Shown: piece by piece, positions 13,039 to 27,499 of the stretch | Layout of the letters: every line of letters begins with the position of its first letter | Numbering within the stretch: position 1 is the stretch's first letter | NCBI RefSeq assembly: GCF_004010195.1 | Contig: NC_057717.1 | Coordinates: forward strand, 105,657,927-105,721,926 | Direction of reading: 5' to 3' | DNA length: 64,000 nt | Source: Chiloscyllium plagiosum | Lineage: Eukaryota | Notes under the pieces: model-generated | Databases searched by the model: none | Seen by the model: the letters and a program-made list of their open reading frames with translations, nothing else | Told to the model about the DNA's origin: nothing | Program-made: the position numbers and the translations under genes

Positions 13039-13936
13039 TGATCGCAGGGCATAGTCATTGGGATGCAGGACAGTGGCAGACTGGGACACAGGGATAGGAG
13101 GGCCCAGGGGTTACAGCTATGGTCTCTTCCCATACCTTGATCCACTGGTGACAGCTCAGTGATCTGAGCTGGGCAGCTATAAAGGAGAGTGAGCCTGAGG
13201 ATTTAACCCATGTTTACTTCCAGTACACCCAGGTCAGTGTTTCCTGTCCTGTGGGACAGTCAGTGTCCCCCAGTTGCTGTTTGGGTGCAGCAGTTTCCCC
13301 GCACAGCTGCCGCAGGGTGGCGGGGGGCCTGCGGGGGTGCATGGTTTATGAAGAAAGCAGGATAGCTCAGGCCTGGAAACTGCTGAAGTGGCTCAAATGT
13401 CAGAAATACTGGTGGGAAACATTTGGGTAAGGAAAGAAAGACGAGAGGAGCAAGAAGAAGCTGAGGAAGTGAGTTGACCAGGAAAGTTCTGGATCTTGAG
13501 AAGAGGCAGCTGCAAGACAAATCTGTGAATTTCAGTTGTGAAATATTCAGTTTGCCTGCCCCTGCACCCTGAGCAGCTTTTAGTGATGGCAGGAGTTCCA
13601 AACCCAAGTCCTTGGCCTCACATTTGGGCGTGGCTGACTGTGGTTAGTGCAAACTGAGCTTGATGTGTTTGTGCGTGAAAACCTTTGAGAAGCTGAGCAG
13701 CTGCCAACTGCAAATTAAAGATCACCCAGCCGAATTCAAACACATTAGTGTCTTTGCACTCAAAACACATTTGCTTTTTTCTGCATTTCTGTGCACCCTC
13801 TCAGTCCCCCTCCTTTCCACACATCAATGTCAATCTAGTTCTGGGGGCATTTGTTTGTACACCTCCCTCTGTGTCGCTGTCAACTTTCTGCTCAGCTCCT
13901 GGGGATGAGAAGGGGACAGGGAGGCTGTGTTGTTAG

Positions 13937-13937
<1 letters not shown>

Positions 13938-13973
<36 letters not shown>
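13938..13973. repeat. (CA)n microsatellite
   Basis: Direct reading. Confidence 0.95.
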
Positions 13974-13975
<2 letters not shown>

Positions 13976-14208
13976 CCCTATCCTGGGAATGAGAGGGAGG
14001 GGGAGGGAGGCTGTGCTGTTAGATACCACACTCTCTCCCCATATCCTGGGACTGGGGGGTGTGGGAGGGGGAGGGGTGGGGGCTCTCTCGCGCTCTCTCT
14101 GTTTGAGCTTGTTTACCTGGTCACTCTGCCATCGTCCTGAGAGCTCAATGTAACTTACTATTAGAATTCCAACCTGCAATGCCTTTTTCTGATTTTAATT
14201 TTAAACAG

Positions 14209-14359
14209 AAAGAGAGATTCTATGAGATGAAAGGGAAGCTTCCAGAACCATCCTGTAAAGAGCTTGCTGACCTGAATAGCCAATGTCACAGCTACGAGGC
14301 AAACCAACGGCCATCTTTCCGGACAATTCTGCGGGAACTCACAATGCTGCAACAGCAAA
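14209..14359 (+). CDS. TYK2: TYK2 exon, end of pseudokinase (KERFYEMKGKLPEPSCKELADL...QRPSFRTILRELT)
   Basis: AG/GT bounded, 151 nt, TYK2-like LPEPSC and RPSFRTILR. Confidence 0.95.
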
Positions 14360-15051
14360 GTAAGGCCCTGGTCCCATGCCTGTGTCTTTTGATATGGCTG
14401 GGTTGGGGGCAAGCAGTTCAATTAGCTCTTTCTCTCTGTCACTGGCCTGCTCTGGATCAGTCAGGACCACCCTATCTCCTTTTCTGAGCGATATAGGGTC
14501 AGCACCGAGCTGCTGTCTGCCAAGCTCCTGCTCAGGACTCTGTCCGACCAGAGTTGGGAAAATTTATGGCTGAAATTGGGACATTGATCAGGGCCACTGA
14601 AGAGGGATGTGGTGCAGGTGATATGCTGATAAACTGTTAACAAAACAGTGACCTACTGCCGGGGTGGGGTGGGGAAAGGGAGGGGTTGCTCTCTCCTGGG
14701 TGCATTGAAGATGTGTTTTAAAAGAAGAACACGAAGCATTAGGAATTAATTTTAATGTTACTGTGCTGTAAAGCAGCCTGTGCGAGGTTGTGATCTGTGA
14801 CCGGCACTTGTTAATCTAAAACAGAGTCATCACAATGAGACTGAATTGAGAGAGGTTTGCTCAGAACGGGAAAAGGTACTTGTGAATGCTGGTCAAACCA
14901 TTGGCTTTACCACTTCTGTTCATGACCTTTTGTTGCAGTGATTTTGTTTTAAATGCACTGGTTGTTCTGGTACATTTTATTTGTTGGTGTGTATTCAGCC
15001 GTCTTCCTTATCCAGTTTCTGAATTCTAATGTTTGATGACCTGCTTCCTAG

Positions 15052-15146
15052 ATCCGGACATTTCCTGTGAAAATTCAGTGCCTACTGTTTCCGACCCCAC
15101 TGTCTTCCTGAAACGCTACCTGAAGAAGGTCCGAGATCTTGGAGAG
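15052..15146 (+). CDS. TYK2: TYK2 exon, linker/start of kinase (SDPTVFLKRYLKKVRDLGE)
   Basis: AG/GT bounded, phase-compatible. Confidence 0.95.
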
Positions 15147-15898
15147 GTGAGCCTTTTTGCACCTTGCACCCTCCTAGTTTTTGGTAAATGTCCTGCAAAC
15201 AGCTGTGAGGGGATCCTAACTCTGGTGTTATGATTCTTGCTGGAACTGACTGCAGATGTTTGCAGTTTGTTCTGACCAAATGGGTGTGCTGCCTATCTGA
15301 ATGTTAAATTTATTCCCCACTGGGTCCAGTAAAAGAGCAGAATGGGTCTGAAGACAGTTGCAACTCTGTTTAAATCAGAAACCAGCACTGAGTGAACTCT
15401 GGTGATCTCATGCTTTCTGAAGTACAGGTTGTTAATGAGGACAGTGGATGACTGTCCAGTTTGGCTTCGCAGTGTCAACTTGCAGCATTGAGTGGTTTCA
15501 GTCACTTTTTATCTCCCTTGTCTCTTTCCCTCTGTGTGCCCCAGCTTTAGCAGCATCAGCTGTTCTGTTTCTGACAGCAGCCATTCCGAGAGCTGTCTGC
15601 AGGACATGACCACTCTTGCTGTGTTCAGCAATGTTGTTGTTTGGGGCCTGAGACTGCAGGGAGCTCCTGGCTAAACAGGAACAGGTTTCAATTCCCTCTC
15701 ACTCTCCCGTATCTTGTCTCTGTTGAATGTAGATAGGACACCCAGCCCAGGCCTTGCCTGACATAGCTCACCTGCCTTGGAGGCCCAGTTTATGTCGTTT
15801 ATTTGGACTGTATGGAATTAACAAATGTCTCGGGAGTAGGAGGGAAGTTGGGATTGTGGAAGCAATGTTTTAACCCTGGATAATTTGCTTTGCTGTAG

Positions 15899-16642
<744 letters not shown>

Positions 16643-16764
16643 CCCAGCAAGCTCCCGGATACAGTGGGTGGAATAAAGAGTTAGTTTTTGTTTTGGTGAT
16701 GTGAGAAAAGAATGCCATCCAGATCCTGGGAGAGAGAGCAGGTGGAGGGGAGAGATGGAAAAGA

Positions 16765-17318
16765 CCATAAGACATAGGAGCGGAAGTAAGGCCATTCGGC
16801 CCATCGAGTCCACTCCGCCATTCAATCATGGCTGATGGGCATTTCAACTCCACTTACCCGCATTCTCCCCGTAGCCCTTAATTCCTTGTGACATCAAGAA
16901 TTTAATCAATTTCTGCCTTGAAGACATTTAGTGTCCCAGTAATCTTCGAAGCTCCAATGAATACAATCCCAGGATCCTCAGCCGTTCCTCATATGTTAGA
17001 CCTACCATTCCACAGATCATCCGTGTGAATCTCCGCTGGACACGCTCCAGTGTCAGTATGTCCTTTCTGAGGTGTGGGGACCAAAACTGGACACAGTACT
17101 CCAAATGGGGCCGAACCAGAGCTTTATAAAGTCTCAGTAGCACAACAGTGCTTTTATATTCCAACCGTTTTGAGATAATTGACAACATTGCATTCGCTTT
17201 CTTAATCACGGACTCAATCTGCATGTTTACCTTTAGAGAATCCTCAACTAGCACTCCCAGATCCCTTTGTACTTCGGCTTTATGAATTTTCTCACCGTTC
17301 AGAAAGTAGTCCATGCTT
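16765..17318 (-). mobile_element. CR1-type LINE 3' fragment with internal deletion
   Basis: ORF QRDLGVLV...LYKALVRPHLEYCVQFWSPHLRKD...RVQRRFTRM; 3' tail (cttatgt)n on minus strand. Confidence 0.9.
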
Positions 17319-18007
17319 GACAGGACAAAGATACATCAATATCTAAAAGTGACAGGCTAAACAGCACCTAAAACAAAGTGAGGGGAAGTCTATTAAAAGC
17401 ACTGAAGGTAAATCGGTTTCATACGGAGGGCCAGTGACTGACAGCACTACCTCCAACTGTGTGTGTGTGTGTAAGATTTGCGACCGAACTGAGGAGTGAA
17501 GAGCCCCCGCAACTCTCTGGCCAAAGATCAGAAGGAAAGAGTTGTGACTTTAGATTGAACAGAGCGCACAAGAGTGAGTGTGTGTGTGCGTGTGTCAGAG
17601 TGAGTGTGGGTGTGTCTGCATCTCGTGGATTCCCTGGTGCACAGGCTCTAGTGAGCCTTGGACCCAGCGTTTGCTGAAAGTTTGAAAAAGCTGTTAATGG
17701 ATCCCGGGAGACAAGTATCTGAAAAATAGCTGACATGGTGGAGCTGGTCAGAAAGTGGTCGGACCAAGAGATGATGGTTAGAGGAGTTACCTGAAACAGG
17801 ATGATGCACAATAGTCAGTCATCACAAGATGAGAAACTGTTTGTGATTTTCCTGAGCACTGTCTGTTCCTTTAGCTGAACTATTTGTGAAAGACCTTGCA
17901 TACTTTGCTTCATAAACTTCTCTGTCTTGATGGAATCTATTGTTCACTGACCATGCATTAATTCAGACAAGTGCTATCTTTAAACTCGTCGTCTCCCTTC
18001 ACTTTAG

Positions 18008-18126
18008 GAGGTCAGATTGTACAGTTGATCATGGAGTATCTGCCTCTTGGCAGTCTGCGAGATTACCTTCCAAAACACGCTGTCGGACTTGGACAGCTTC
18101 TCTTATTCGCAAAACAGATTTGTCAG
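18008..18126 (+). CDS. TYK2: TYK2 exon, kinase hinge (GQIVQLIMEYLPLGSLRDYLPKHAVGLGQLLLFAKQICQ)
   Basis: 119 nt, AG/GT; QLLLFAxQIC is TYK2-type. Confidence 0.96.
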
Positions 18127-18500
18127 GTAAAAACACACCAAGCTTTGTTTTCTTTTTTCAGGCAAGTAATTAAATCTCCTCTTAACTTGTGCTGTCGCAG
18201 TGCTCATGTGTCATACTTTTGTTTCCCTGTCAACCAGTTGAACCTGCTCCTCCATTGATCCAGGCACCTGGAGACCATACCAGGGCATTTCCTGCCATAG
18301 ATGACTCAGTATAAATGCCATGATATATAATTAAAACCTGCATTACAAACATTCAATCTTGGCCTGTCAGCCTTCACAGGTAGCATTGCTAGTGTAGCAG
18401 CAGCAGGAACTGTGAAGAGCTCTCCCAACAGATAGGTGTGAGGGAATGGAGTCCCCTCCATTAAGCCTCCCCTTCTGATGTGAAGTGCTCAGGGCGCTGA

Positions 18501-18701
<201 letters not shown>

Positions 18702-19049
18702 TGAGTTCCTACTTTGTTACATTGGCAGCTTTTGGAGCTGGAGGGGGATTCGGTGTCACTGTCTGTCGGCCGGATATCCAGGTTCCTCATTCTCCACAGC
18801 CAGCAGCTGGAGGGCAGTTCACCTCAGTGATTGCAGCTTTGTGCATGTGTGCAAATCCTGAATTCAGGACCAGAAATACAATATTGATCTAGAAAAATCT
18901 GCAAAATCCTTTCCTCGGTGAGTGGTGAGAATGTGGAACTGGTTACTACTGGGAACAGATGGGGTTGAATAACTCATTTTTGAGGGTCAAGTTTAAAACC
19001 TATTAGATCACCAACTTCCCTCCAGTTTTGGTGAAATGTTCATTCTGAT

Positions 19050-19255
19050 TATAGAGTCACAGATGAACAGCATGGAAACAGACCCTTCGGTCCACTTGTC
19101 GTGCCGACCAGATATCCTAAATTAATCTAGCCCCATTTGCCAGCAGTTGGTCCATATCCCACTAAACCCTTCCTATTCATATATCCCTCCAAATGCCTTT
19201 TAAATGTTGTAATTATACCAGCCTCACCGTTTCCTCTGGCAGCTCATTCCATACA
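19050..19255 (-). mobile_element. CR1-type LINE 3' end
   Basis: Reverse-complement match to 1-139 and 34920-35122. Confidence 0.8.
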
Positions 19256-19879
19256 TGCTTTATATCTTTTCCCCTCTCCCCCTAAACCTCTGGTGTTCTC
19301 TCTTGTTTGTTCATCCAGGGGATGCACGTGTCACAGACTGGGCTGATGTTACTTGCCTATCCCCTGATGCCACTGAGGTGCTAGTGGGCAGCCAGGTGGA
19401 TGCTGTTGACATGCTGAGTGTTTCTCGCATCACCTCCTTTTAATGGCAGGTTTCCAGTGTCTGCAGCCTTTTGCTTTGGTTGTGATGTCGAAGCAAGGGC
19501 GACTGAGTGTGATGTGCATTGAAGCCAGTGATATTTATCCTGTCTGTCCCACTGGGGAATGTTCAGTCTATTCAGCTGTTTCTGATGCGAGACCAGGAGC
19601 AGCCTCACAAAGAAAGACAAATGTCAGCATACTGTGAAACTCCATTGCAAACCTTGCCCTCATGATCCTTTCCTCAGCTTCTCGCTGCTTTGACTGGTGT
19701 CAGTCCTATGGGGTGGGGCTGCTGCTGAGTTTCAGTGAGAGGGACAGTTTATTTAATGACAGGAGTTTTTCCTTATTGCTGTTCCGAGAGACGCTGAGAC
19801 TGGTCAGCAGGACCTGTCACCATGTTGGCTAAGAGTACTTCTGCAACCTTGGTCCTTGCTGGTGTTTAAGCCAATGTGA

Positions 19880-20131
<252 letters not shown>

Positions 20132-20423
20132 TGAACCCAATTCACTGACCATTGCTGTGCCCGGGAAAACTCTGAAAGATGATGGAACAGCCATCTCTCT
20201 CCTCAGAGCTGTCATTGATCCTCATTGTACTTTTCCCACATTAACCACGGCACAACACAGACTCCATCACCCATGGAGGATGGTATCTCTACTCTCTGTC
20301 ACACTGTTCCACTGTCACCTTCACTGAGATTCTTTCCTGTTCAAAATTCCTTCAAAAGGGCTTTTTTAATTTTGAGTGTGTAAGAGATAATGTCAGTCAC
20401 TGACTTTCAAACCTTGTTCCTAG

Positions 20424-20534
20424 AAATTCATCGAGATGATTGGAGTGACGCACGGACAGATGACGGTGGTACGACTAATTGAACTGCTGGAGAGGGGGCA
20501 GCGTTTGCCTTGTCCAAAGTCTTGTCCCTTGGAG
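20424..20534 (+). CDS. TYK2: TYK2 exon, kinase ([37 protein letters not shown])
   Basis: 111 nt, translated by hand (not in ORF track), AG/GT bounded. Confidence 0.95.
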
Positions 20535-21514
20535 GTAAGAACAGAAAATGGGGCAAGTGACTAGTTTTAACAATACCTTTGGTATTGGCAAGAGGTGGCT
20601 GTTCCCACTGAGCCGACTCAGTGTCTGAACTGTCAATGACCAGAGCCTTTCAGCTTCCCAGTTCGAGTCATTGATGTGCTGCAAATACTCAGGAGGCTCA
20701 GCAGCTCTGCCAGCATCTGTGGAGAAAGTGACAGAATTGACCTTTTGAGTCCACAGACCGTTCTGTGGAGCTGATAGCTGCTTTTGTTGGTTGCAGGCAG
20801 TTGGAGGAGGTTTGTGTTTGTGACAGGACTGGAACCTGTTATCTGACTATCACAACCAGTTCAATGGCTTGTGTAAATATTGTCCAGCCTGTCAGTCCTT
20901 CCTTAGGTGTGCAACTGGACCGAATGCTTCAGCAAATTCCAAAACACAGGTGATGCAGCAGGTACTGCTGTTTGTGTTTTTTTTAATGGTGCAGACAATT
21001 CACTGCACGAGGAACCCATCTCCCCGAACCCAGGGTTCTGTTAACTGCAGTGTGTCTGTGCAGCAGGTAGCTGCTGTACATGTGGGAGAGTTCAGAGCGA
21101 GGTGACTCGAATGTTTCACATGGCAATTCCTCTGCTCCATGTCAGTGGGTAATAACTAGTGCTAAACTGCAGGTCCCATGAAGGGTGACCCTCAGTTCCT
21201 CAGCCAGCTGTGATGTCATGGTAGTTAGGTTCATATTGGAGGGTTCTCTGTGCCATACAGTGACTGAGGTCAGGGATGGATCAGGATGATTTCTTGAAGC
21301 CAGCTTGTACTGAGAAATGCCACCATGATAATGGATTATAACAAATCTCATGGGAGGAATGAGGAGAGATGGGAACAGGCTGTAAAGTGGGCTGCATTTG
21401 GCCTTATCCAAATCATAAACTTGTCTTGTGAGAGGTTGCTCCTCATCAAACCGGAGTTGTTTCGCGCTGAGTAAAATTCACACCTTTTTTAATCCCCTCT
21501 CTTCCCTCCCCCAG

Positions 21515-21652
21515 GTTTACCAGCTGATGAACAAGTGTTGGGAATCTGATCCAGTTCGACGTCCCCCATTTCAGGAGCTGATTCCAGTCTTTCAGAAATT
21601 GTATGAAAGATACAAAAGGATTGAAACTTCAAACATTCTCCAGAAGTTATAA
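21515..21652 (+). CDS. TYK2: TYK2 last coding exon (VYQLMNKCWESDPVRRPPFQELIP...LQKL*)
   Basis: Polypyrimidine acceptor, CW..RP.F subdomain XI, TAA stop. Confidence 0.95.
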   Translation, partial: VYQLMNKCWESDPVRRPPFQELIPVFQKLYERYKRIETSNILQKL

Positions 21653-21749
21653 ACAGCAACTGCCCTGATCAACCTCTTTCTATCCTATTCCTTGTCTGAC
21701 TTTGTAGAATTAATTGGCAGCAGCTGATAACTGAATATTTAATTTGAAC

Positions 21750-22080
21750 CCCTCTCCGTCTTTCTCTGCTGTCCTCCCTCCTTTTCTGTTTGTGTCCCTC
21801 TGTTGCTGTGCTGTCCTCTCTCACAATGCTGTTGTTCCCCCCACTATGTCTCTGCTGTGTTCTCTCTCTCTCCCTGTGCTGCTCCCCTTGTGTCTCTGTA
21901 CTGTTCTCTCTCCCTGTGCTGTCTTCTCCCTCACTCACTCTCTGTGCTGTCCTCTCTCTGTGCTCTCCACTCTCTCTCTTTCTCACTGACCATTCCCCCC
22001 AACTTCTCTGTTTCTGTACTGTCTTCACCTCTTGCTGTACTCCTGTCTCGTTCCAACCCCTCCCCCTCCATCTCTTTCCT
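21750..22080. repeat. CT/TG-rich low-complexity tract in presumptive 3' UTR
   Basis: Degenerate ctgtgctgtcctctctc repeats. Confidence 0.7.
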
Positions 22081-24340
22081 GAACCTGTGGATGTGTTGGA
22101 GAGCGTCACAGCTAATTAGCGGTTGTGAAGAGATGTCGCTGTGTGGATTCGTACACAGCAAGCTGTCTCAAATCCAAGAGAACCATTTAGATTTCTTGGC
22201 AAGGGAATGGTTATTGGGCTTGCAGAACTTTACAGCCTAAATGATCAATGTGACTTTGGTTTAATGTCAGCTGAAAGCTTTGGTCTCTCGTCGGCATTGT
22301 TAATGTGCTGTCAGGAGTTGGAGTGGAAGAAGCTGAAGGATCCAACTGTGAAAAGGATTGTTGGTGAAGGTTCATGTTTTTAATCCCTTCCCCCCCCCCC
22401 CTCTCAGAACCTCTCCAGTTTGAATTAGATCTGAGATGGAAATTAAGAGATACAGATATCGGTATTCATCTAACGCTTTGCTTTTCATATCTACCGTAAT
22501 GTAGTTACACAGAATGGCAGCAGCTGTTAAAGCCACTGAATGGAAATATATTTCAACTCTTCCCTGTAATGGGCGCCTCAGTACTGATGAGATTCTGATT
22601 TCTTGTTGAAACTCAGATGTTTTACACTGTTGAAATTTAGTTTGGTACAATGATGGCTCAAGTTACAATCACATTATCTTCAGAATAATATAGAACGTTA
22701 CAGCACAGTATAGGCCTTTCAGCCTTCGATCTTGCGCTGACCCGTGGAACCAATCTGAAGCCCATCTAACCTACACAATTCCATTCTCATCCATATGCCT
22801 ATCCAATAACCATTGAAAAGTGAAGACAAGAAATGAGGGCTCGTCTGGGATCACTGAGAATCCAGCGAGAATCCTATCCAGTAATGCTCGGCTGGCTTGC
22901 TGTTGAATTATTTTTGCTTTGCAGTATTTTGGGTCGTGTTACTAAGTGCCAGTAGACCTATACATTTTGCATGTTTCTGATTTATTGATTTCAGTCAGTG
23001 TGCTTTACTGCCAAGTCAGTTTTTGTCCCGCTTTAACTTAAATGAGAGCAACTCAGACATTAGCTCAGTAACCTTGGTCCTTGATGGGACGTTTGGAGTT
23101 GGATTGCTGACTGAAGCCAGGGAGATGGACTAATACATTCTCCCTGAACTGGTACCACACAGGAGGCATCTTGTTATCGTATCAAACCATAGCTGCCAGT
23201 ATTATCAAAAGCACAGGACCAATTGTATGTGAGCTTCCATATCTCTAAAGTGGCTGAGTTGAGGGGAGAAGTTCTTGAGTCTGATTTCACCAGGCAGTGA
23301 TACATCAGCCCTCGTTTCCTAAATTTCACGGTAATTTGTACTATTTACAGATGTGGTCATGTATATACTGACCCACAGCATCTTTTTCTGTTGGTATTCA
23401 GACTTTTTATGCCATGTGACAATGAAAATGGTGATGCCAGTCCTGAAGTGACAGTCAGACATGTCAAATTGTGGAATTAGCATGATGTAACACTCTTTAA
23501 CACTCCAAGACCAACTCACCAGGAAAACTGCTCACAAGGTGGAACTAAGCTCAGGAATATTATGGAAATACAATTGAAATGATCTTCAGGTGGAATGGGA
23601 GATGCGTGCCAAGTACTTCTGCTCACCATTACAATGGCTTTCAGACTCGCTGACTCTTGACCTGACAGTTTTCCCATTGGATGGTTCAGTTGTTTAGTAA
23701 GTGGCCCCTGCTGATGGAGGGGTGCAGGTCCCAATCGTATCGCTCTGACTTTGGGTGTGTTGCTAGGTTTTTCATACAATTTGAATGAACACTGACTCTG
23801 CCAGCCTCAGGGGTAAGTATATCACTTTCCAGCACAGCACACTCTAGGAGTGATATGTTCCTGCTTCCCCGGACACTCAGTCTCTCGTTTGATTCAGTGT
23901 TCATTCTAAAGACCAATGAGAAGAGGGTGTAATTAACGGACTGGAGTATGATCCTCATAGCTCATTGTTTTACAATATTAACTGACACAAGAAGGCATCT
24001 CTAAACAATTCATTCAACTGCTTATATTTACCTGTATTATCCAAACTGTGTTTTCTGCTTTGAGATGCTAAGAAGCAAATGCTATGTGACTGCTCTTTGG
24101 AGTTGAGTTAGTCGAGCAGACAGTAACTTCCCACCCTCAAGGAGCAAAGTGTGGGCGAGGTCCCTCAAGGACTCACTCGTCATCATCATCATGGTGAGTT
24201 TGCTGAGTTGAGGAGGAGTGAATAACTGTGACTTATCTCTTCAGAAAGACGTTGTTCAGATTGAGAGAGTTTTAGGTCTCCAGAAAATTCTTTGCATTAC
24301 TGTGTTGCTGAACAGGTCAATTCAGGCACAGCGGCCTGAT

Positions 24341-24475
24341 CAAAGTTTGTGCGAAGATTTGTAGCTCGGGTGCTCGTTATTGTGGTTCTGTTCGCCGAGC
24401 TGGAAGTTTTTGTTGCAAACGTTTTGTCCCCTGGCTAGGCGACATCATCGTGCTTGGGAGCCTCCTGCGAAGCGC
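24341..24475 (-). mobile_element. Penelope-like family A terminal fragment
   Basis: Near-identical to 36000-36135 and 30931-31044; hammerhead core mutated. Confidence 0.85.
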
Positions 24476-26064
24476 CTGAATTAAAAAGGATCGCAATGTA
24501 TATAAGTGGTTAGAACTGGACTCAAGATGTATCTTAAACACCAAAACAAATTACCACAAATCGCTTATGGGACTTTTTAAAATTACTTTTCATTTACCTG
24601 ACCTGATTGTGAATGATGGACATCATGTATCCCATATTACATTATTTGCACTTAAATACATGGCCAATTTATTGTTGAAACAGTGTCATTCTTATGTTCA
24701 GTGATGGACGGAGATTACCCGACTTTGGAATACACATGTATGTCTGTCTGTGTCTCTCTCTCTAGATTTTCTCAAATAGACTTGCACTTTTTAGGAAAGA
24801 TCAGGCAAGATTGCCAGGGTCTTACCTTACCTTTCTCTCTTGAAAGCATTTATCTTAAAGTATCGATGACCATTTGTTCTCCCAGGAATGTGATTGAAAT
24901 GTTATGTGATTATGCCAGTTAGCATGTTTTGCTGGTGTCCAGAGTCCTCTATTAACCTCATTCTTTCTGTTTTACACTCAAGTTTTAGCTCTATTTTCCT
25001 GGACCACTTATTTATTATAACTGAATTACATCGAACTTCATTTAACAGTGGATTACATTAAAGTAGCACCATTTTTGCTTTTGTATCAGAATATTCATAT
25101 CTTAATGCAGCTGAAAGTGTAATTGTAAACTCTTTTCCCATGGTGTTACATCGACTGGATCAGCACCTCTGGCCATGTTGGGACAAACTTTAGAAATCTC
25201 TCGTCCTGCTGTAGGAGTGTCTGTTCATGAGCATTACTCTTGTCAGCTTCATATCTACATTATGATGTGTCAGGTCAGAACACGATAGAAAAGCTTTTTA
25301 GTGATGAATGTGTTCCTATCCATCCTCAAATTAGCATGTTGCTATTCTCCCCCTAATCTGCACAAGCGCATGGGTGAACTTGACTTTATACTTCTGAAGA
25401 ACAAATGAATTTTATTGTTGATTACTTTAACCTATGTTCTCATCATTTGGGATTGAGTGCTGAAGTAGAAGTAAATGGTTTTCAGTTTTAGTTCTGCATC
25501 AGGGATTTTTTTATATAAAAGGGAAAAAGTAATTTTTGAGCACAGATTTCAAAACAGTCTTTTCAAGAAAGCAAGCTACCAGAGAAGTTCACTGAAGCAA
25601 TGTTCACAATGTTGAATATTTTGTGAACAGAAAAACACCTGGCCACGAGCCACAATTGGGTTTCATTGAGAAGATTGTCACGCGAGGCCATTGGAGCCTT
25701 TGGCCGGCTCCCTTCTGTTGGAGCTGGAAGGCAGTCTCAAACTGTTCTAACCATTCAAATAGACAGGACTTTTCTTCAGCTTCAGCTAAGGAAGTCTATA
25801 GGAATAGGTGATGTCTGTGAATGTTGAGGAGAAACTGTAATGAAGAGAATCCCCTTTAGCAGGAGGAAGAGAAGTAAACCCATCAATATACTTCAATGAG
25901 TTCAACTCCATCAGTTGTGTAAGAAATTACAAGACTTCAGCTGAGTGATACTTCACTTGGGTTGAATATCTGGAAAGGGTATTAAGGGACAAAGAAGGAA
26001 ATTTTTGACTTAAGATCTTTCCAATTGGAATTCTATTGTATATATAACTTTTTTTGTTTGATGT

Positions 26065-26158
26065 AATAAATTTATCTTCTTTTGTTAAAAAGTACATTGA
26101 CAGCCTCATGAATATGTTCAGTGACTGACCAGCACGGAAACCAAGCTGCAAAAATAAA
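26065..26158 (+). terminator. candidate TYK2 polyadenylation signals
   Basis: AATAAA at 26065-26070 and 26153-26158 closing an AT-rich, largely repeat-free stretch; no transcript evidence. Confidence 0.35.
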
Positions 26159-26194
26159 ACTTAGTCTATCAAGCCAGGTGTCTCTGGAATCTGA

Positions 26195-26810
26195 CTTAGT
26201 CATAGAGCATGGAAACAGATCCTTCAGTCCATCCAATCTCTGCTGAACATAATTCTAAATCAAACTAGTTCCACCTGCCTGTGCTTGGCCCATTTCTCTC
26301 CAAATATGTCTTGGTCATGTGCTTATCTAAATGTCTTTTAAACACTAACTGTACCTACATCCAGCACTTCCTCATTCTACACACGAACCACTGTGTATAC
26401 AAAAAAAACTGCTCCTCGTGTCATTTTTAAATCTTTCTCCTCTCCCCTTCCAACCTATGCCCCCTTGCCTTGAAATCCCCCCACCCGAGGGAAAAGACAC
26501 CTGCCATTCACCTTATCCGCACCCTGCGTTATTTTATAATTCTCCATAAGGTCACCCTTTAACCTCCTATGTTCCAGTGAATGAAGTCCCAGCCCCTCAT
26601 ATAATACAAATACTGCATTCCTGGCAATATCCTGCTCAAGCTGTTCTGAACCGTCTCCAGTTTAATAATACCCTTCCCATAACAGGGTGACCAGGAATGG
26701 ACATAGCCCTCCAAAATAGGCCTCATCAATATCTGTACAACCTCAACATAACATCCCAAATCCTATATGCAGAAGACTGAGCAATAAAGGCCATCATGTA
26801 AATGCCTTCT
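26195..26810 (-). mobile_element. CR1-type LINE 3' fragment (degenerate)
   Basis: Remnant LMRPILEGYVHSWSPCYGK..KLETVQ plus CR1 3' UTR. Confidence 0.8.
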
Positions 26811-27499
26811 CTAGTATTACCTTCAACTGGAACCAAAACCAAGTGGGAGCTCTTTGGGTGATAGAAATCTGTTAATTTAAGAGCAGTCTGTGACATTGAA
26901 TAAAATGAGTTACATGGAGGCACTGGACATAAACAGAAGAAGGTTTTGAAGTATATGGGTTGGAATTATAAAATTACTTGAACTGTTGCTCAGGCTTTTC
27001 TGTGTGGTTAAGGTGTAACAGTGGATTATTGTAAATTTTTGTCTAAGGCTACATTAAGTTAGCGGACTAGTTGGGCAAATAAAAACATCTTCTAAGGTTT
27101 AGATTAGACTTGAAAGGAGAGAAAACTGAAACTGATGTGTCATTGCTTGAATGTGCTAAAATTCAATTAAAACTGGGAAAAAAAACTTAGGAAGAGGAAA
27201 TGAAAGCACCTGACTAGGAAGCTAGAGAAATGAAAAGCGAAACAAGAGCAGTAGGAGGGATTTAAAAAGTTTGAACTGCAACAAGATGGGGATTTTGATC
27301 AACGTGACCATGGATAAAGAAAGAAGGAATGGGTAGGGGCTCAGGATGATTCTGATCCCAATGAGGGATCAGATTCAATAAGACATTTGTTTAGTATTGA
27401 AATTTATAGGATGGGGTTGAAAGGTATTGCATCCCATTTGAAAAGGTAGCTGGAAAGATGCTGAACATATTTGCATCTTCATGTTCTGATAGGTACAGC

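Noticed and set aside
21669..22240. Overlapping 80-146 aa ORFs after the TYK2 stop
   Set aside because: Low-complexity CT/TG tract translations
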